A DNA stretch of 64,000 nt from Hyphochytrium catenoides (lineage: Eukaryota; Protista; Hyphochytriomycota), in the NCBI GenBank assembly GCA_900088475.1, contig FLMG01000137.1, positions 1 through 64,000 on the forward strand. Reading direction: 5' to 3'. The notes under the pieces are model-generated. The model searched no databases. It had not been told where the DNA came from and saw only the letters and a list, made by a program, of their open reading frames with translations. This document shows, piece by piece, positions 58,935-64,000 of the stretch (the first letter of the stretch is position 1; each line of letters begins with the position of its first letter). The translations under genes and the position numbers were made by a program.

Positions 58935-61490
58935 CCTCTCTCTCTCTCTCTGTCTTTCTCTTGGCGTCGGGTTCGTCGTTCCGTAAAGTCTCTCCGTCAT
59001 TGTGAACTTGACTTCTGTCTAGGCTTTCCATGCGGTCTGTGACTCACTTTCTCATTTTTTCTGTGGCTTTCATCTCTTTTTCTGTGCCTCCTCGTGCTCT
59101 CTTCTGTATCTCTCTCCTTGTGTTATTGCTTGCTACATGTGCTCTCTCTCTCTCTTCCTCTCCCTCTATTTCTCCTTTTCCCTCTCTTTCTCTGTCTCTC
59201 GGTTTGCTTTTTTTCCCTCGCTGCCTTCCTGTTCCTCCCCCACACCCTTCTCTCCCCTCTCTCTGTCTCTGTCTCTCCTACACATCTCTCTCCCTCCGTG
59301 GTCCTCAATCTCACTTACTCTCTCTGTGTCTCTCTATCACCTCTCTCTCTCTCCGTTAAGGTATCCTCGGAGTTTGAGTTTGACTTTGAGTCGTCCAACC
59401 TGAGCCGGTCGCAGATCAAACAGCTCATCGCTAAGGAAGTGAAGTCCTTCAAGGGAGACAAAGACAAAAAGAAGAGACAACTCTCTCTCATTCCTTCTCC
59501 TCCGCCGTACTCTTCATCTCCTTCTTCCTCTTCCTCAACACCACTTCAGCCTTCCTCCGTCTCTCGCATCCCTAAAATGATGGCGAAAGGCTCTAAAGCT
59601 CTCGATTTGGGCTTGACAGAGGGAGAGAAGAAGGAGGAGAAGGGAGTGAAAGAGGGAGAGAAGAAGGAGGGAGAGAAGACAAAGAATAAAGAAGAGAAAG
59701 AGCCAGGAGAGAAGCTGTCAGAGAAGAAAGGAGCAGAGAAGAGAGAGGAGAGAGGTACAGCACAGCCCTCAGCTCTTCGCACCGAAGGATCCACTCGTCT
59801 TAGATCGCAGATGAAGCCTCACATTCCAAGGCAAAGGGAGACTCTGACAAAGAGGAAAGACGGCCAAGAAAGAGAAGCTACGGTTGAGGTGGGAGAAGAC
59901 AGAAGAGGAAGAAGCGTATCTGAAGCTACCTCGTTCTCTCTCTCTCCTTGCTCCGGGTCATCTCTTTCTCCGTACTGCTCTGGGTCGACGCTCCATTTCC
60001 TCTCTGTCTCTTTCTCCCTCTGGCTTTGTCTCTCCCTCTTCTGTCTTTCTTTTTCTCTCTTTCGGCCGGGCCTACTATCTTGATTTCTGCCACTTCTCTC
60101 TTCGCTCTCCTCTTTCCCTCTCTATATTCTAACAGCAAGCTGTCCTCAGGTTACTTCTGTGGACCACACCGCTGCTACGAAGAAGGAGGAAGAGGAAGGG
60201 AGAGAGCCGAAAGTTACCAGTCACAGGCTTTCTCCTGCCTTCTCTTCCTCTAACCTCCATGCAGACAAGCCTACTGAAGAAGAGGGCAATAAGGAGAAGA
60301 GAGAGAAGGACAGTTTCCCCGAAGAGAGAGAGAGCAATGAAAAGCAACCGAAAGGAGAGAAAGAGGAAGAGAAAGAGGACATTGACAGGAAAGAAGACCC
60401 TCAGCAAGAGGCTGAAGGCAAGAAGGAAGAGAACCACGAGGACCACGCAGACAACAATAAGAAAAACGCTCCCAATGAAGGCAAAAAGGTGTGGGCCCGC
60501 TTTCTCTTCCTCTCTCTCTCTCTCTCTCTCTCCCTCTCTGTCTCTGTCCCTCTGCCTGTCTCTCTCTCTCTGTCTCTCGCCCTGTCCCTCTCTCTCGGGG
60601 TTTCTCCACTCCTATGCCTTGTCCGTAGTCGCTTCCTCTTTTCTTCACACACCCTCTCTCTCGTAACTTTCGTTAGGTACAGGAGAAAGCGGAAGGTCTT
60701 CTTTCTCCTCAGAAAAGCAACGTGGGCAGCTCCCCGCCGACAGGACAAAAGGCTGGTTCAAGAGTCTCTCCTTCGAGGCCTAGAGAAGAAGAGACCAGAG
60801 GAAGAGAAAGAGGGAGAGAGAACGAGAAAGAGAGCAATAACCAGACCTCGGAAGATCAGCCTGAAGCCGCGTTGCCGCAGAAATCTTCACTGGAGCCTCA
60901 GCAGGGCCATGGCGCCAGCGCAGGCAAGACAGACTCAGTGCTGAACCTCCCAGCTAAGGTACGACAGAGAGAGAGAGAGAGAGAGAGGGAAAGGTGTGCT
61001 GCAGTGATGCTGCTCAGTAAACGTACTAGATACAGATAAAGCAGCTTTTGTTAAAAAGGGAGGGAGGAAGAGAAAGGATAAGAAGAGAGAAAGAGAAGAG
61101 AGAGAGAGAAGATGCGAAGAGAGGAAAGGACGAACGAGAATGAAAAAGAGACAGAGAGGGAGGTTTCTCATGGAGTTTATGGAAAAGGGAGAATAGGAGA
61201 GATGTGCCATACGGTGCGAGAAGGAGCATTCGAGGGTTGACTTAACCCCATTTCTTTCCCGCCTTGCTTCGTCTCTCTCACTCTTTGTTTCCCTGTGTCT
61301 CCCTCTTCCTCTCTTTCGACGGCCTAACACTATCGCATCAAAGAAGCAAGGGACAGTGACTGCACAGAGGAAGAATGTGAGGGCGAAGGTGACGGTGCCT
61401 GTCAGCCCTAAGTTTAGCAAGCGTTGGGAGCAGAAGAGAGAGAAGCAGGCGGCGCAGATTGCAGCTCTGGCTTCACACTATAGACGGTAG
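55938..61490 (+). CDS. Atypical MAP kinase (TEH activation loop) with long charged C-terminal tail (multi-exon)
   Basis: [10 protein letters not shown]|SA..VAIKKI..TLREI; HRDLKPGN; DFGLAR; [14 protein letters not shown]; [11 protein letters not shown]|[10 protein letters not shown]; [20 protein letters not shown]; FEFDFE; last exon ends SHYRR* at 61490. Confidence 0.93.
58438..58480. other. Assembly gap (N run) inside a MAPK intron
   Basis: Run of n characters. Confidence 0.99.
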
Positions 61491-62041
61491 CCCTAGCCAC
61501 CAGTTGCGCTTGGCCGTGCGCTAGGCCGTGTTTCTCTTTTATTTCTCTCAACTGTGTACACGTCAAGCTCTCTCTCTCTCCTTATCCAGCAACCACCCTT
61601 GCATGCGAGCAACCCCCTTGTATGGGGAGGTGTCGAAAGAGAGAGGAGCGAGAGAGAGAGAAAGAGAGAGAAAGAGAGAGAAAGAAAGAGAAAGAAGGAG
61701 GCCGGGGCGTCTCGTCAGAAGAGTAGCTGCTCAAATCATTAAGTTATTTACTCGCCACAAGGGCAAGGTCTTTCTCTCTCCCAGCACGGTCTCTACGACC
61801 ATCGGAGATCCTCTCTCTTTGTCTCTCTCTCTCTCTCTTCCACTCCTTTGGACGGGTTCCATGGATCGTCCCGCATACTCTCTCAACATATCCAGACTCT
61901 CTCACTGATTCGCTTGCGATATTTCCTAACATAAGAGTCGATCCTTGATAGAAAGGTTATCTGTTTCCCCTTCTTCCGTTGAGCCTCTCTCTCTTTTGCC
62001 GTCCCTGCTCTCTCTCTGTCTCAAGTGCGAAGACTGCCCGT

Positions 62042-62909
62042 TCACTTCTTGGGCTTCTTCAGTTCTGCCAGCTCTTTCTCTAGCTTCACTACTTTCCTTC
62101 CCAGCGCCTCATTGGCAGAGAAAGCGTCTGCTCTTAGTGCATTCACTGCATCTTCCAGCTGCTTGGTGCTGTGCTCAATGTCATTGTGAATGCTATAGAA
62201 GCCCGCGCTGCCGCCCACCACCGCGCCGACGGAGAAGGCTGCGAGGCGCTGGCCGATGGAGCTTCCTCCCGCTTTCTTTGGCGGCTGTGGGGCTACCACG
62301 GGCTGGAGACGGGGATCCAAAAGCATAAGAAAGAGAGAGAGTCACAAAGGGAAACATGGGTGTCGTGATAAGTGGAGACAGAACGATAAGAAATCCATAG
62401 AGTAGAAGGGAGACAGACAGAGAAAGATGGTAGATGGAATAAAGAGGAGAGCCATTAATTGATTAGCTGAGCCATAACTATAGAGTGAGACAGAGAAGGA
62501 GAGAGAGAGAGAGAAACAGGTACCGAGACAGAGAGAGACTCACGTCCACGAGAAGAGAAATGCCGAAGGAAGCTAAGTGTTAGGGGAGGGGACAGAGAAA
62601 GACACAGATAGATCACGGGGCGAGAGGAAGAGAGGAGGAGAGAAAGAAGGAGCTCAATGTCAAGGAGAATGAGAGAATGAGCAGCAGATGGAGATGAGAG
62701 ACGAGAGTTCTTCCTTCCTTTACCGGTCTTGATGTCTCCTTTGGCACAGCTAGCGCCGTCTCAGACGCCTGCCGCCTGACAGCGGACGTTGATATTCTTC
62801 TGACCTACAGGGTAACAGGATCGCCGTTAGCATTGTGAAGAGACAATGGCAGGCTGAGAGGGAGAAGCGCTTCTTTCACCTGTCCCGCGACCGTTGTAGA
62901 GCGCCACAT
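62042..62909 (-). CDS. Small putative mitochondrial single-pass membrane protein with C-terminal coiled coil
   Basis: Exons MWRSTTVAGQ|VRRISTSAVRRQASETALAVPKETSRP|PVVAPQPPKKAGGSSIGQRLAAFSVGAVVGGSAGFYSIHNDI...LEKELAELKKPKK*; presequence-like N-terminus and one Gly-rich hydrophobic segment. Confidence 0.7.
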
Positions 62910-63022
62910 ATTGCTAGCTGAGTAGAGAGTGTCACGAGTGCTCTGGTCTTCACGGGCCTTCTTGCCTTTCCTTTCCGGAACGAGCTCCTTCTTGAATCAG
63001 GTCCTCTTCGCCTCTCCCCGCT

Positions 63023-63059
<37 letters not shown>

Positions 63060-64000
63060 CTCTCTCTCTCTCTCTCTCTCTTCCTCCCTCGACGTGCGGC
63101 GATGACTGCCGAGAAGTGATCCATCAGACCATCAGCCTGTTGACTTCCCACCGTAAGATTCAACGGATGCATTGAAACATTTCCTTAAAATCCCTGTCCA
63201 TACCTTAGAAGCAAGAGTATATAATCTTTCCAAATATAGGTTTCAATGAAGGATTCATCTAGTGAAGATTATTGAGGTCTGGTGAAGTGCGGACAAATCT
63301 CTGCAGATCCGCAGATGGAGATTTGGAGCTTCTCTTCCTCGATGACGGGGAAAGAACACTGAGGCTGAGGATGTATGTATGGCCTCTAATCAAAGAAAGA
63401 TCGCTGGTGGGGTCTTCGATGAGTTAAGGCGGCTGAGGACAGGAAAAGCGGCTGCAAGCTGATCTTTGCGAGATTCGATAGGCTACTCTCCTCTCCGCCT
63501 TGTGCGGTAGATGCTCGAACTTTGAATATCTGTGGGTTGCTCACCTCATCTGGCCCCGGCGGCTTATGCGGCAAGATGGAAAGAGCCGAGGGAGACCTGA
63601 AAGGCTCTTGACGTAGGCGAAGGGCAGGGATATATCGCATAGGCGGGATATCCTTCATTGTATATCTAAAAAGGGAAGATTAATAGAGGATGTGGAATCT
63701 CAGATCTGTGGCGCGAGCAGCGCTCTGCCTGGCTATTGAGCACTTTATCATCCCTATTCAGGTTATGATGCACGTGCGGGCGTCTATGCACTGAAGACAG
63801 CTGCATTGCTTGTCTCGACATCCGCTTAGTGAGATGGAAGAAAGGCCACTATCATCGGCATGTGCAATGCCGTAGCCCTGAGGGTGTGCTGGCGCGGGTT
63901 ACTCCTAAAATCTTTGTAAGATGGCAGTGTCTCAATGAGGCCCCGTGAGCTTAGTCAACCCCGCGCCGGTCGGGCAAGATCGTTGCTCTCTGCAGGTCAC

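Larger units (their letters stand above)
54940..63080. repeat. Region saturated with (CT)n/(GA)n microsatellites in introns and spacers
   Basis: Many pure and imperfect CT/GA runs, e.g. 54975-55110, 57190-57340, 58820-58960, 60510-60595, 63025-63080. Confidence 0.9.

Noticed and set aside
54778-61908. Many Ser/Leu- or Arg/Glu-rich ORFs in the ORF track
   Set aside because: They are translations of CT/GA microsatellites, or antisense shadows of real exons.

Overview
Eukaryotic, intron-rich, gene-dense genomic DNA (GT-AG introns, standard code, abundant CT/GA microsatellites, one N gap). The gene content suggests a stramenopile alga; this is inference. About 16 protein-coding genes were reconstructed across introns: a large protein with a probably inactive peptidase-like N-terminus plus a nucleoredoxin domain (runs off the left edge), ZNF207/BuGZ-like, a small secreted Ala/Gly/Asn-rich peptide, xanthine dehydrogenase, a catalytically dead calpain with a RanBP2 zinc finger and tandem half-LIM fingers, queuine tRNA-ribosyltransferase, a UBE3B/C-type HECT ligase, ATP10, a coiled-coil protein, a TPR-METTL21 methyltransferase fusion, delta-9 desaturase, an N-acylated RNI-like LRR protein, DPH2, an atypical TEH-motif MAP kinase and a small mitochondrial membrane protein. 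Spacers hold decayed relics: a WRKY19-like zinc-finger pseudogene, a probable Mutator transposase, an integrase plus chromodomain, and a Ty1/copia fragment with a duplication-inversion. No clearly new multi-gene system can be established. The best leads are the two pseudo-protease domain architectures, the TxH MAPK, and MAPK introns built as a 5' GA-rich arm plus a complementary 3' CT-rich arm.
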